Of a stretch of 64,000 bases of DNA, positions 31,305 through 42,395 are shown piece after piece. The DNA is from an uncultured delta proteobacterium. Lineage in GTDB: Bacteria; Myxococcota_A; Polyangia; Polyangiales; Polyangiaceae. Where the stretch lies: positions 896,001 through 960,000 of the forward strand of contig CAWJCS010000006.1 of NCBI GenBank assembly GCA_963841435.1, in the 5' to 3' direction. Made by a program: the position numbers and the translations under genes. The stretch's first letter is position 1, and each line of letters begins with the position of its first letter. The notes beneath the pieces are model-generated. The model was not told where the DNA came from. It searched no databases and saw only the letters and a list, made by a program, of their open reading frames with translations.

Positions 31305-33062
31305 ATGTTCGGAAAGCGCCTGCTCGTTCTGTCAACGGTGATCACCACCGCGCTGTCCGGCGCGACTTTGACGCGCGTCGCGCGGGCGCAGGAAGTCATC
31401 GATCTAGACGACATGCCCGCCCCCAAGAAGGGTGGCGGTGCCGCGAAGGGCGGCGGCGCGAAGAAGGGCGGCGTCGATATCGATCTCGATGAAGGCGCTC
31501 CGGCCACGGGCGCGCCATCGGCGGTCACCGCGGGGCAGATGACCGAGCCGGCGGCGGCGGCGAAGCAGCTCTTCGACAAGGAGAAGTGGAGCGACGCGGC
31601 GCAGGCGCTCCATCGCGTGGTGTCGGGCGAAACGGGCGACGACGCAGGCAACAAGCAGCTGGCCGAGTACTACCTCGCGATCTGCCTTTATCGCTTGAAG
31701 TTCTACCAGGCAAGCTACGCGATCTTCAGCGTCGTCGCGGACAACCCGAACCATCTCAAGTTCAAGGAGACGTTGCTCTGGCTCGCCAAGCTCGCGCTCC
31801 AGCTTCCGGAGCCCGCCGACATCATCGAGCGCGTCGGCAAGTACACCGACGAGCAGGTGGCTCGCTTCGACAACGCGCAGCAGCGCGACCTCTACTGGCA
31901 GCTCAACTACATGCTGGGCCGGTACAAATATCGAAATCGCCAGTACGAGGAGGCGATCCGCCTGTTCGGGCTCGTCGATCGCAACAGCCCCCACTACGTC
32001 AAATCCCAGTTTTTTACCGGCATCAGCTACGTGCAGCTCCGCAAGTCGGTGCCCGGCGTCAAGGCGTTCCAGCGCATCTTGAAGGCGCTCGACGAAGGCG
32101 TCGAGGGCGTGGACGACGAGGACCGCATGCGCGACCTCGCGAACCTTTCCATCGCGCGCACCTACTACTCGGCGTCGATCACCCTCGACGCGGAGACGAA
32201 TGCGCCGAACGTCAACTCGACGAAGCTCTCCGCGGCCGTCAAGTACTGGAACTCGGTCGACCAGGCGAGTGAGTACTGGCTCGACGCGCTGTTCGAGGAG
32301 TCGTGGGCGTACTTCATGGCGGGCGACTACCCGCACGCGCTCGGGAACATCCACACCATCCAGGCGCCGTACTTCCCGAATTCGTTCCACCCCGAAGCGG
32401 ACATCCTCAAGGCAGTCATTTACTTCACGAACTGCAACTACGACGCGGCCAGCATCACCGTCGCGCGCTTCCACAAGAAGTACGTCCCCATCCGCGACGA
32501 GCTCGAGAAGGTCCTGAAAAAGTACTCCGGGCAGAACCAGGAGGAGCCCTTCTTCAAGTTTCTGCTCCAGGTACGTGACGGCAAGGGCGACCTCGACGAT
32601 CGCATCCGCCCCATCGTCGAGAACGCCCTCAGCGATCGTCAGCTCCTGCGTAACATCGACTACGTGCGCCTCCTCGAGGAAGAGGAGAAGCGCTTCAAGA
32701 AGTCGCCCTCGAGCTTCCAGAGCTCCGGTCTGGGTATGCAGGTTGGCGACGCCCTGAAGCTTGCCCGCGATCTCGCGGTCCGTCAGGCCGGCGAGCTCGC
32801 GATCCAGCGCTATCGGCGCAACGTCGACGAGCTGAGCGAGCACATGCGAAACGGCGAGAAGATCCTCATCGATATCACGGCGGCACAGCGCAACATCCTC
32901 GATACGAAGATCCAGACGGGTCAGGTCAGCAAGGCAGAGTCCAAGATTTACGGCGTGGTCAAACCCGACGAAGAGCACGTGCTCTGGCCGTTCAACGGCG
33001 AGTACTGGCGTGACGAGCTCGGGTTCTATCGGCAGGTCGTCGAGTCCGCGTGCGGGAGATAA
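31305..33062 (+). CDS. gltC: gliding motility TPR protein GltC-like
   Basis: GAGAGG RBS; signal peptide; TPRs; ALFEESWAYF..ALGNIHT..PYF; C-terminal WPFNGEYWRDELGFYR. Confidence 0.85.
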   Translation: MFGKRLLVLSTVITTALSGATLTRVARAQEVIDLDDMPAPKKGGGAAKGGGAKKGGVDIDLDEGAPATGAPSAVTAGQMTEPAAAAKQLFDKEKWSDAAQALHRVVSGETGDDAGNKQLAEYYLAICLYRLKFYQASYAIFSVVADNPNHLKFKETLLWLAKLALQLPEPADIIERVGKYTDEQVARFDNAQQRDLYWQLNYMLGRYKYRNRQYEEAIRLFGLVDRNSPHYVKSQFFTGISYVQLRKSVPGVKAFQRILKALDEGVEGVDDEDRMRDLANLSIARTYYSASITLDAETNAPNVNSTKLSAAVKYWNSVDQASEYWLDALFEESWAYFMAGDYPHALGNIHTIQAPYFPNSFHPEADILKAVIYFTNCNYDAASITVARFHKKYVPIRDELEKVLKKYSGQNQEEPFFKFLLQVRDGKGDLDDRIRPIVENALSDRQLLRNIDYVRLLEEEEKRFKKSPSSFQSSGLGMQVGDALKLARDLAVRQAGELAIQRYRRNVDELSEHMRNGEKILIDITAAQRNILDTKIQTGQVSKAESKIYGVVKPDEEHVLWPFNGEYWRDELGFYRQVVESACGR

Positions 33063-36000
33063 TGGTGATGAGTTCGAAGATCCGAGCGATATCTTTTTTT
33101 GCCACTCTGTGTGGAGCGGCCCTGGTGACGCTGGGTGCCGGTGCGGCGCCCGAAGCGAAGATGAGCGATCTGAGCGCCGAGTGCGTCGGGGCGGAGGCTC
33201 CCAAGGCCCTCGCGACCTGCCCTGGCGGGCCCAGCAAGTTCGAAGGCCGCAAGAAGCACAGCGCCGCCTTCAAGAGCGCGCCGCCGCCGATCGAGGCGAA
33301 GAAGCGTCAGGACGACGTGAAGCCGGTCAACCCGGACGAGCTCAAGAAGTACGCCGAGCGCGACACGCGAAAGACGCGCTTGCAGGCGCGCGCCCGGGCC
33401 CTGCTCATCACCGAGATCCAGGGTCTCGAGCGCCTCTACAAGAACACGCCGCAGAAGTCGGCTGACAAGCCACAGCTCACGCGACGCCTCGCAGAGGGCT
33501 ACGTCGAGCTCGAGAGCGCGGCGCTGCGCGACAAGATCGCCGCCGACATCCAGGCACAAGACGCGAAGGCGAAGAAGCGCGACGCGGGCAAGTTTCGTTC
33601 GGACGCGGCCTCGGCCGGGAAGATCGTCAAGGCCGCTCGCGTGAACGCCATCAAGTACTACACCTTGATGAAGGACAAGTTCCCCAAGTACTCGAAGATC
33701 GACGAGGTGCTCTACTACCTCGCGTACGAGTACGAGCAGGCGCAAAACTACGACAAGGCGCGCGAGGTCTACCTAGAGCTCATCGACAAGGCGCCGAAGT
33801 CGCCGTACATCCCCAACGCCTACCTCGCGTTCGGCGAGCTGTTCTTCCAGGAAGCCCAGGGCGATCCCTCCAAGTGGGAGCTCGCCGCGGCGGCCTACAA
33901 GGAAGTCATCAAGTACCCGCCGCCGACCAACAAGGTCTACGGCTACGCCCGCTACAAGCTCGGCTACGTCCACTGGAACAAGGGCGACTACCCGAACGCG
34001 CTCAGCGAGTTCAAGCGCGTCATCGAGTACGGCGATCAGTACGCCGAGCTTCCGAACGCGAAGCAGCTCGCGAAGGCCGCGCGTCGCGACGTGATCCCGG
34101 TCTACGCCGTGAGCGGCGCACCCGAGAAAGCCTACAACTTCTCTCAAGCCGATCTCGGGCGACAAGAGCGGCGACAACACCGCCACCATCGGCATGATGA
34201 ACGAGCTCGGTACGGCCTACCTCGATACCGGCCACTACCGCGAGGCCATCGTCCTCTACAAAGACCTTTTGGGCCGCGACGCCGGCGAGAAGAGCTGCTT
34301 TTACCAGGGCCAGATCACGCAGGCCACGCAGGCGCTCTTCTCGGGCGACAAGGAGACGGTGCGAAAGGAGCTCGATCAGCAGCTTCGCGTGCGCACCGAC
34401 TTCGCGAAGGGCTCGACTTCGGAGAAGTCGAAGCTCGAGTGCTCGAACAAGACGGCAGAGCTCCTCGCCGAGACCGCGATGAGCTGGCACCTCGAGGCCG
34501 TGGGCTCGGGTGGCGTGCGCGGTACGGGCGACAAGAAGACGATGGATCTTGCCGCCTACCTCTACAAGAAGGTCTCCGAGAACTTCACCGCGGAGGACTT
34601 CACCAAGTTCCAGTTCCCGCGCATCGTCAAGAGCGACTGGCCGACGATGTACAAGATCAAGTACGCGATGGCGGACTTGCTCTACTTCCAGCAGCGCTGG
34701 GAGGATTGCGGGCCGGCCTTCGACGCCGTGGTCGCCGAAAACCCCAAGGCCGAACAGGCCGCGGAAGCCGCGTACGCTTCGGTGCTCTGCTACCAGAAGA
34801 TGTACGACCAGATGTACAAGGGGGACTCGGACCGCAAGAGCAAGGGCTTTGCTCTGAAGGGTGCGGGCGAGAAGGAGCGTGAGGCCAAGAAGGGCGAGTG
34901 GGACAAGTTCAAGCCCAAGGAGTTCACGACCCAGCAGAAGGGCATGATCCAGGCCTTCAACCGCTACATTTGCTACATCAAGCCCACCAAGGGCGACAAG
35001 GAGGCGGAGGAGCAGTACGTCGAGGTGAAGTACGCGCGCGCGCGCACTTACTTCGAGGCGTCAGCACTGGGAAGAGGCCGCGCTCGCGTTCCGCGACGTG
35101 GCGATCAACCACTCGGACAAGGACGCCGGCATCTTTGCGGCGCAACCTCTACCTCGAGGCGGTCAACGTGCTCGGCTCGCGCGCCGAGCCGCCGCGCCCG
35201 AGCTGCTTCGACGACATGGGCAAGGACGTCCCGACCTTCATCGAGCTTTACTGCAAAGGTCAGAAGGGCGAGGACAACAAGGAGCAGTGCGAGGTCTTCA
35301 CGCGCATCCAGTTCGACATCCAGCGCATGAAGGCCCAGAAGATCGTCGAGCTCGCCGACGGCCAGCAGGAAAAGGGGTCGTACCGGGAGTCGCTCGATAA
35401 CTACAAGAAGGGCGCGGACGCGTACCTCGAGCTCTGGAGAACGTACTGCGAGGAACCGCTCGCGAAGGGCGAGAAGCCCAAGCAGTGCGAGAAGGCGGAC
35501 GAGATCGTCTACAATATGGCGCGCGCCTACCAGGCGGCTCGCCTTCTCGCGAAGTCGATCCAGGCCCGACAGATCCTGCTCTCGGACAAGTACGGGCTGA
35601 ACGGCTCCGAGCTGGCCAAGAAGGCCACGTACGAGATTGGCGGGAACTACCAAGCCATCGCCGTCTACGACCGCGCCGCCGACTACTTCGAGAAGTACGC
35701 GAAGGCGACCGACTACAAGGGCGAATTCGCGGACCAAGCACTGAGCGACGCGACGGTGCTCCGGCTCGGCCTCGGCCAGGAGGATCAGGCGATCTCCGAC
35801 GCCAATGCCTTCAACAAGTACTACGGCGCGCGAAAGGCGGCCCAAGCCGCACAGATCGCGTTCGCCGTCGCCGCTCACTACGGCGAAAAGAAAGACTGGA
35901 ACAACGTCCAGAAACGCCTGGCCGGTACGATGAAGCTCATCGACAGCAAGGCGACGCCGGACGTGCAGGTCCAGGCGCACGCGCTGCTCGGCCGCGCCTA

Positions 36001-36823
36001 CGCGCAGATGAAGCGCACGGGCCCGGCGGGTCAGGAGTACTCGAAGATCGTCAAGACCTGGGACGACCCGAAGGCCGCCGCCAACAAGGTGATGGACATC
36101 CCCGACGAGGATGCGGCCGGCAAGCAGCGGCGCCTCGGCCGTGCGCTCGAAGCCGTCGGCGAGGCGATCTTCTTCTTCGCCGAGCAGAAGAAGGACAAGG
36201 TCGATAAGATTGCCTTCCCCGAGTACAAGGGCCCCGGCGACAAGGACGCCGTGCTCAAGCACATCCAGACCAAGGTCAAGGACTGGATCGGCAAGAAGCG
36301 GCCGCTCATCGTCGACGCGAGCACCGAGTACAAGAAGATCGTCGATCTTCAGCCGGTGCCGCCCCCGCGCTGGGTCATCGCGGCCGGCTCCCGCGTCGGC
36401 GAAATGTGGGGCAAGTTCGTGAAAGAGTTCCGGGCGGCCCCGATCCCGGACAAGATCAAGAAGGATTACGAGCTTCGCACCGCGTACTACGGCGCTCTCG
36501 ACGACGCGTCGGAGCCGCAGAAGCAGCAAGCCAAGGGCGCCTTCGAGGTCTGCCTCGGTTATTCCGTCAAGTACCAGTACTTCGACCAGTTCAGCCGCGC
36601 CTGCGAGGAGTGGCTCGCCGAGAACTACAAGTCCGAGTACCACCTGGTGGACGAGTTCCGCGGCGCTCCGAACCGCGTGAACAGCGTCCTCAAAGAGCAG
36701 GGCAATCCGCTCCGTATCGGGGGTAGCCCGATTGCAGCGCAGACGGCGGAGCAGCCCGAGAAGAAGGCGGCTGCCAAGTCCGACGACGACAAGAAGGACG
36801 ACGACAAGAAGGGCAAGAAATGA
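33062..36823 (+). pseudogene. gltD: gliding motility TPR protein GltD/AgmU-like, interrupted by three +1 frameshifts (real or assembly errors)
   Basis: TPR segments spread over track ORFs 33050, 34194, 35098 and 34898. Removing one base near each of 34142, 35061 and 35143-35147 gives one ~1250-aa exported TPR protein between gltC and gltE. Confidence 0.8.
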
Positions 36824-36861
36824 ACGCGCGAAGCCACGGCGAGGGATCGAGGAGACCGACC

Positions 36862-38517
36862 ATGACTCGTTGGACCAGCACCTTCCTACTCGGCCTTCTG
36901 CCCATGATGGTCGCCTGCGGAGGCTCCGGTGGCGCCGCCATCAAGCTCAAGCCCGAGGACGCGAGCGGTCGCAGCACGCGCTCGGGCCACCAGGTTTCGA
37001 AGGAGGCGGCTGCGGGCTTCGATTCGGCCCTGGAAACCTTCCTCGATCACGACAAGAAGGGCGATTGGGCGGAGGCCAGCTGCAAGGCGGTCTCGGCCAA
37101 GTTCGACGACGCGGCGTCCGATCAGAAGTCGGCTACCAATCGCGCCTTTCCCGAGGCCATCTACAACTCGGGGCTCGCTCTGCAGCGCTGCGGCAAGGAT
37201 GCCGAGGCCCGCGCGAAGTTCGAGTCTGCGGCCAAGGCGGACGCGAGCTTCCATCGTGCGAGGGCACAGATCGTACTTTACGACTTCGCCAAGACGGGTG
37301 ACGTCGACGGGACGATCCGGGATCTCGACCAGATCATCCGCGACGCCAAGTTCCAGAACGTCGAGGCGCTCGTGAGCCTCGCGGCGCTGCAGATGGAGCG
37401 CGGGAGCGACCAGCCCGACTCCGACGGCAAGAACGACCTAGAGCGCGCTCAGCGTAACCTGCAGCGGGCCCTCGCGATCGACGACGGCTACATGCCCGCC
37501 TTCAACCAGCTCGCGGTGTACTACCTCGAGCAGGCCAAGACCGCGGTCGGTACGGCGAAGACGCGCTCTCGCCGTGGCAAGCGCGGCATGGAAGTCTCGG
37601 GTGCGAACCGCGTCGATGCCAACGAGCAGCAGCTCGATCTCGCGGCGCTCGTGGCTTCTCAAGCTCAGCGCAAGAACCCGAACTACGCGCCGATCCACAA
37701 CACGACGGGCCTCATCCAGGTCGAGCTCAAGAACTTCAACTCGGCGGTGAAGAGCTTCGCGCGTGCGCGCCAGCTCGATCCGAAGTTCTTCGAGGCTCAG
37801 ATGAACTACGCCGCGGTGAACCTCTCGTTCCGCGGCTTCGAGGAGGCCGAGAAGGCCTACCGCGAAGCGCTGAAGCTGCGTCCCAACGAGTACGAGGTCC
37901 AGCTCGGCCTTGCGCTCGCGGTGCGCGGCCAGATCAACGACAGCAACTTCGACAAGAGCGTCGCCGAAGCCCAGAAGCACCTCGACGAGGCCAAGAAGAT
38001 CGACGCCGGTCGTCCGGAGACCTACTACAACGAGGCGATCCTGACGCAGGAGTTCCGAGCGAAGCGCGGGAATCCGGTCCCGGCGCTCGAGAAGGCGGCG
38101 CAGCAGTACGCCGCGTTCATCGAGAAGGCTGGCGACGACCCCGTGTTTGCCCAGGCGGTCAAGCGCTCCAAGGAGCGCTCGCAGGACATCCAGGACACGA
38201 TCAAGTTCATCCGGGAAGGCGAGGAGGCCAAGAAGCAGGAAGAGGCTGCGATGGCCGAGGCCAAGAAGCTCGAGGCCGAGCAAGCCAAGCAGAAGGCCGA
38301 AGAGGATAAGCTCAAGGCCGAGGAAGCGAAGAAGAAGGCCGACGAGGACAAGAAGAAGGCCGACGACGAGAAGAAGGCCAAGGACGCCAAGGGAGCCGCC
38401 CCCGCGGACGCTGGCAAGCCAGGTGCGGCACCGGCCGACCCGAAGGCCGGCAAGCCTGCCGACCCGAAGGCGGCACCCGCCAAGGCACCCGCCAAGGCCC
38501 CTGCCGCAAAGAAGTGA
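36862..38517 (+). CDS. gltE: gliding motility TPR lipoprotein GltE/AglT-like
   Basis: GAGGAG RBS; lipobox VAC; TPRs with MNYAAVNLSFRGF; Lys/Glu/Ala/Pro-rich tail; position between gltD and gltF. Confidence 0.8.
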   Translation: MTRWTSTFLLGLLPMMVACGGSGGAAIKLKPEDASGRSTRSGHQVSKEAAAGFDSALETFLDHDKKGDWAEASCKAVSAKFDDAASDQKSATNRAFPEAIYNSGLALQRCGKDAEARAKFESAAKADASFHRARAQIVLYDFAKTGDVDGTIRDLDQIIRDAKFQNVEALVSLAALQMERGSDQPDSDGKNDLERAQRNLQRALAIDDGYMPAFNQLAVYYLEQAKTAVGTAKTRSRRGKRGMEVSGANRVDANEQQLDLAALVASQAQRKNPNYAPIHNTTGLIQVELKNFNSAVKSFARARQLDPKFFEAQMNYAAVNLSFRGFEEAEKAYREALKLRPNEYEVQLGLALAVRGQINDSNFDKSVAEAQKHLDEAKKIDAGRPETYYNEAILTQEFRAKRGNPVPALEKAAQQYAAFIEKAGDDPVFAQAVKRSKERSQDIQDTIKFIREGEEAKKQEEAAMAEAKKLEAEQAKQKAEEDKLKAEEAKKKADEDKKKADDEKKAKDAKGAAPADAGKPGAAPADPKAGKPADPKAAPAKAPAKAPAAKK

Positions 38518-38656
38518 TCCTGTTCGGGAACACAGGGCTGAGGTCGGTGTCCAACCTCGGCGCGTGATTGCGGTTGACGCCCGAAGTTGTGTACACTACC
38601 ACTGTAATCACGGGGCTACTTCTCGGGAAGCGGTCCTTGTAAGGAGAACGGAAATC

Positions 38657-38950
38657 ATGGCGACTTCGATCCGAACCAGGGTGATCGGCCTCACGGCTGG
38701 CCTGGCCGTGGTGTTCCTCACGTCTGCGGCTTTCGCTCAGGAAGAGGGCGTCAAAGGTGCCCCGGGCGCGGACGCGGGTGGTGGTGGTGAAGGTTACGGC
38801 TACGAGTTCGACGATGATCCGTTGAGCGCCGGTGGCTTCGGCCCGAACGACGCGACGATCAAGGTACGACCGAAGGCGGCGCGTACGACGCTCATCCGTC
38901 CCCGAACTCATTTCATCCCGGAGATGCTGAAGTCGGTCGAGAACATCTGA
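38657..38950 (+). CDS. gltF: gliding motility protein GltF/CglF-like (97 aa)
   Basis: AAGGAG RBS; signal peptide AFA; YEFDDD; C-terminal LIRPRTHFIPEMLKSVENI. Confidence 0.8.
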   Translation: MATSIRTRVIGLTAGLAVVFLTSAAFAQEEGVKGAPGADAGGGGEGYGYEFDDDPLSAGGFGPNDATIKVRPKAARTTLIRPRTHFIPEMLKSVENI

Positions 38951-39012
38951 AGCGCCGGCTTCTGGTCGCACGCGGTTAAGCAAGACGCAGGTCTTTTTAG
39001 GAAATCCAAGTA

Positions 39013-41022
39013 ATGGCCAAGGCAGTTCTGACGTTCGCAATCTATGAAGCCGATGTGTTCCAGCGCCACGAGATGGTGACGCAGGACATCGTCAAGGTCG
39101 GCAAGGACCCGAAGAGCCACCTGCGCGTCGACGACGAGTTCGCTTCGCGGATGCACGCGGTCATCGAGGTGGCGGGCCCGGAGGACATCACGCTGATCGA
39201 TCTTGGCAACGAGCCGGGTACGCTCGTGAACGGCGCCCGCGTCAACAAGTGCAAGCTGCACGTCGGCGATCAGATCCAGATTGGTGGAGCGAAGATCATT
39301 CTCGAATCGGCCGAGCCCGCGGGCGCGGAGATGCACGCGCCGCCGCCCATGCCCGCCGCGACTCCCTCCCAGAACCCGTTCGCGGCCGGCATGACCCGTC
39401 CGCTCGCTGGCGCTGCGAACCCATTCGCCGCGGCGCCGAACCCGTTCGAGGCCGCAGCGAATCCGTTTGCTGCGGGCGCCGCGGCCCAGGCGCACGCAGC
39501 AGCGCTGCACGTGCCCTCGGACGCTCCGCCCGGTAGCTACACCTATACGATGATCAAGAGCGGGCCCGACGTGAGCCCGGACGAGGTCGAGCTGCCGCAC
39601 GTGCAGTCGGTCGAGGTGATGGTGCTCTGGGGCTCGAACGTGCTCCACGTTTCGCACCTCACGCCGCCGCGGAATTTCTACGTCGGCGAGGAGCACGGCA
39701 AGAACTTCGGCTGCGACTTCTTCATCCCGAGCGAGAAGCTCGGCACTACCCGCCTGCCCGTCGTGACGGGCGACCGCGCGTCGGTGAGCCTCGTGATCCC
39801 GCCGGGCGCCCACGGCTTCGTGGAGCTGCCGGGCCAGCCGCGGATGTCGCTCGACGAGGCCCGGGCTCGGGCGCAACCGAGCGCCGAGCTCAGCGGTGGT
39901 CACCAGCTCTCGCTGCCCGGTGGTGCGAAGGCACGCGTAGAGGTGAACGATTTCGTGTTCCAGGTTGCCGCCGTGAACGCGGGGCGTCCGCTGAAGCACG
40001 GTGTCGGCGCGGGCTTCGACTGGACCGTGGCCATGTATTTCGGCCTGTCGTTCCTGGCGCACGCCGGGCTGATTGCGGCCATGGCGTTCTTCGTGCCGCC
40101 CCTCGGGCTCACCGACGACGAAGACCTCGACAAGGACGCGCTGTTCCTCATGCAGCAGTACCTGAACGCCGCTGCGGAGCGCGAGCAGGAGGAGAAGGAT
40201 CCCGAGGTCGTCCAGGACAACTCCGACAACAAGGAGGGCGGCACCGGGACGCGCGCGAAGGGCGAGGAAGGGTCGATGGGCAACCCCACGACCAAGGCCA
40301 CGAACAAGCGCTACGCCGTGCAGGGCCCCAAGGACAATCCGGATCCGCACATCGCGCGCCAGGCCGCTCTGCGTGAGGCGATGGAGTTCGGCATGATCGG
40401 CCTTTTGAACACGGGCGCGGCCGGCGACCCGAACGCTCCCACGGCGCCATGGGGCCGCGACACGTCGCTCGGTACCGACGACATCAGCGCTCGAGGCAAC
40501 ATGTGGGGCGACGAGATCGGTGACGCGTTCGGCGCCGGCGGTCTCGGCCTCTCCGGCATCGGCGAAGGCGGCGGCGGTCGCGGCGAGGGCATCGGCCTCG
40601 GCAACATCGGCACGCTCGGTCACGGTGCCGGCGTCGGCACGGGGCAGGGCTTCGGTGCCGGTCACGGGCGCCTCGGCGGCTCCCACAAGACCTCGGCGCC
40701 CAAGGTGCGCATGGGTGCGACGACCGTGAGCGGGCGCCTTCCGCCGGAAGTCATTCAGCGTATCGTGCGCCAGAACTACGGTCGCTTCCGTATGTGTTAC
40801 GAGCAGGGCCTCGGTCGGAACCCGAACCTGCAGGGCCGCGTTTCAGCTCGTTTCGTGATCGGGCGTGATGGATCGGTGTCGAACGTGGGTAACGGTGGGT
40901 CGGATCTTCCCGATAGCGGTGTGGTGAGCTGTGTGCTCTCCGCGTTCTACGGGCTGAGCTTCCCCCAGCCCGAGGGTGGCATCGTGACCGTCGTCTACCC
41001 GATCATGCTCGAGCCTGGCTGA
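39013..41022 (+). CDS. gltG: gliding motility protein GltG/PglI-like (FHA, TM, Gly-rich linker, TonB_C-like AgmX/PglI domain)
   Basis: N-terminal FHA; TM SFLAHAGLI with S-x3-H motif; C-terminal GRLPPEVIQRIVR..RMCYE..FPQPEGGIVTVVYP. Confidence 0.88.
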   Translation: MAKAVLTFAIYEADVFQRHEMVTQDIVKVGKDPKSHLRVDDEFASRMHAVIEVAGPEDITLIDLGNEPGTLVNGARVNKCKLHVGDQIQIGGAKIILESAEPAGAEMHAPPPMPAATPSQNPFAAGMTRPLAGAANPFAAAPNPFEAAANPFAAGAAAQAHAAALHVPSDAPPGSYTYTMIKSGPDVSPDEVELPHVQSVEVMVLWGSNVLHVSHLTPPRNFYVGEEHGKNFGCDFFIPSEKLGTTRLPVVTGDRASVSLVIPPGAHGFVELPGQPRMSLDEARARAQPSAELSGGHQLSLPGGAKARVEVNDFVFQVAAVNAGRPLKHGVGAGFDWTVAMYFGLSFLAHAGLIAAMAFFVPPLGLTDDEDLDKDALFLMQQYLNAAAEREQEEKDPEVVQDNSDNKEGGTGTRAKGEEGSMGNPTTKATNKRYAVQGPKDNPDPHIARQAALREAMEFGMIGLLNTGAAGDPNAPTAPWGRDTSLGTDDISARGNMWGDEIGDAFGAGGLGLSGIGEGGGGRGEGIGLGNIGTLGHGAGVGTGQGFGAGHGRLGGSHKTSAPKVRMGATTVSGRLPPEVIQRIVRQNYGRFRMCYEQGLGRNPNLQGRVSARFVIGRDGSVSNVGNGGSDLPDSGVVSCVLSAFYGLSFPQPEGGIVTVVYPIMLEPG

Positions 41023-41353
41023 CGGGCGCGTGCCCCCGTCGCTGCTTCCCGGCACGGGCGCACTCGCGATCCTTGTCGCGTGCCGTTGACCCCTTCGGTC
41101 CCGCAAAAGGCCCGGTCGGCCGCGAGGCGCCGACGCCGGGCAGAAAGGCGCTCCGCGCTTTACTTCACCGGTGTCGTGCGCCTATGCTCGTGCCTCTCTT
41201 GGCTCGGCAGAAGGCCCCCTCCGGTGCTCTCGGCGAGCGCGCGGCGGGGCTCGGCCGCCGACGCCGTCGCTCCGCTTGTGCTTGATGACTGTCGGGTTGA
41301 AAGGATGCTCGCATGCTTCCCGTCGCCCGCCCGCGAACCACGGATACTTCCCA

Positions 41354-42262
41354 ATGAAACTCGGTCGATGCGCAACGCTCGCAGCTCTAGTCGTGGGTAT
41401 GGTGGTCGGCGGCTGCAGCCGCAGCCACATTGAAGCCATCAACCTCGCGAACGAGGGCGACCAGTCCGTCAAGGTCAACGTCGAGAACGCCATCGGCAAG
41501 TACGAGCAGGCGGTCCAGCTCGACCCGACGAACCACCGCATCTTGTGGAAGCTCGCGGCGGCCTACGAGAAGAAGGAGGACTGGGACAAGCTCGCGTCGA
41601 CGCTCTCGCGCGCGACGCAGGTGGCCCCGGACTTCGCGACGTACTGGTACAAGCGCGGGCTCGCCCTCATCAACTTGGGTGAAGCGGGCAACCGCGATGC
41701 GTACGAGCAGGCGAAGGAGCCGCTCAAAAAGTGCATCGAGAAGGATCCGAATCTCGCGGAGTGTTACTTCTTGATGGGGCTCGCTCTGCAGTGGACCGAC
41801 GACGAGCAGGGTGCCGTGGACATGTACACGAAGGCCATCCAGCACGACCCGACGCACGGCTTCTTCTATCCCGCGCTCGCCGGGCTCTACCTCGAGTTCA
41901 AGCTCGACAAAGAGGCCGAACAGGTGCTCACCGAGGGCACGAAGCTCGTGCAGCCCAACGAGAAGAACCTGCCGAAGATCTACAACATGTACATCTTGCT
42001 GGCGAACGTCGCGCTGATGCGCGGCGACAAGAGCGCGCAGCTCGCCGCCGTCGAGAAGGCGGAAAAGTTCGCGGGCGAGTCCCACCCGGAATTCTCGTTC
42101 GACCTCGGCAGCACCTACGCGACCATGGATCCGCCGCAGAAGGAGCGGGCCGTGCGTCTCCTCAATCAATTTACCAAGCGCGTCTGCCGCGGGGCGGGCG
42201 GCAAGAAGTTCCAGGAGCAGTGCGAGACCTCCTCGTCGCTGCTGCAGAAGCTCGGGCAGTGA
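41354..42262 (+). CDS. TPR-repeat lipoprotein
   Basis: Lipobox GGC; repeated YEQAVQLDP, YTKAIQHDP. Confidence 0.85.
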   Translation: MKLGRCATLAALVVGMVVGGCSRSHIEAINLANEGDQSVKVNVENAIGKYEQAVQLDPTNHRILWKLAAAYEKKEDWDKLASTLSRATQVAPDFATYWYKRGLALINLGEAGNRDAYEQAKEPLKKCIEKDPNLAECYFLMGLALQWTDDEQGAVDMYTKAIQHDPTHGFFYPALAGLYLEFKLDKEAEQVLTEGTKLVQPNEKNLPKIYNMYILLANVALMRGDKSAQLAAVEKAEKFAGESHPEFSFDLGSTYATMDPPQKERAVRLLNQFTKRVCRGAGGKKFQEQCETSSSLLQKLGQ

Positions 42263-42395
42263 TCGAACCCCAAGCCCGCGGGTCGATCGAGAGTCCCCCA
42301 TGGGCTGTCGCTGGGTCCCGACGGTGGCGCGCCCACGGGGTCGGCTGGGCGGGCTCGCGCCTTTCGCACAACGTCGATAGGGTCACCGAGGCAGC

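Noticed and set aside
33050-36823. Track ORFs 33050, 34194, 35098 and 34898 as separate genes
   Set aside because: Each has a junk segment in the wrong frame; they join into one GltD-like protein by three single-base deletions.
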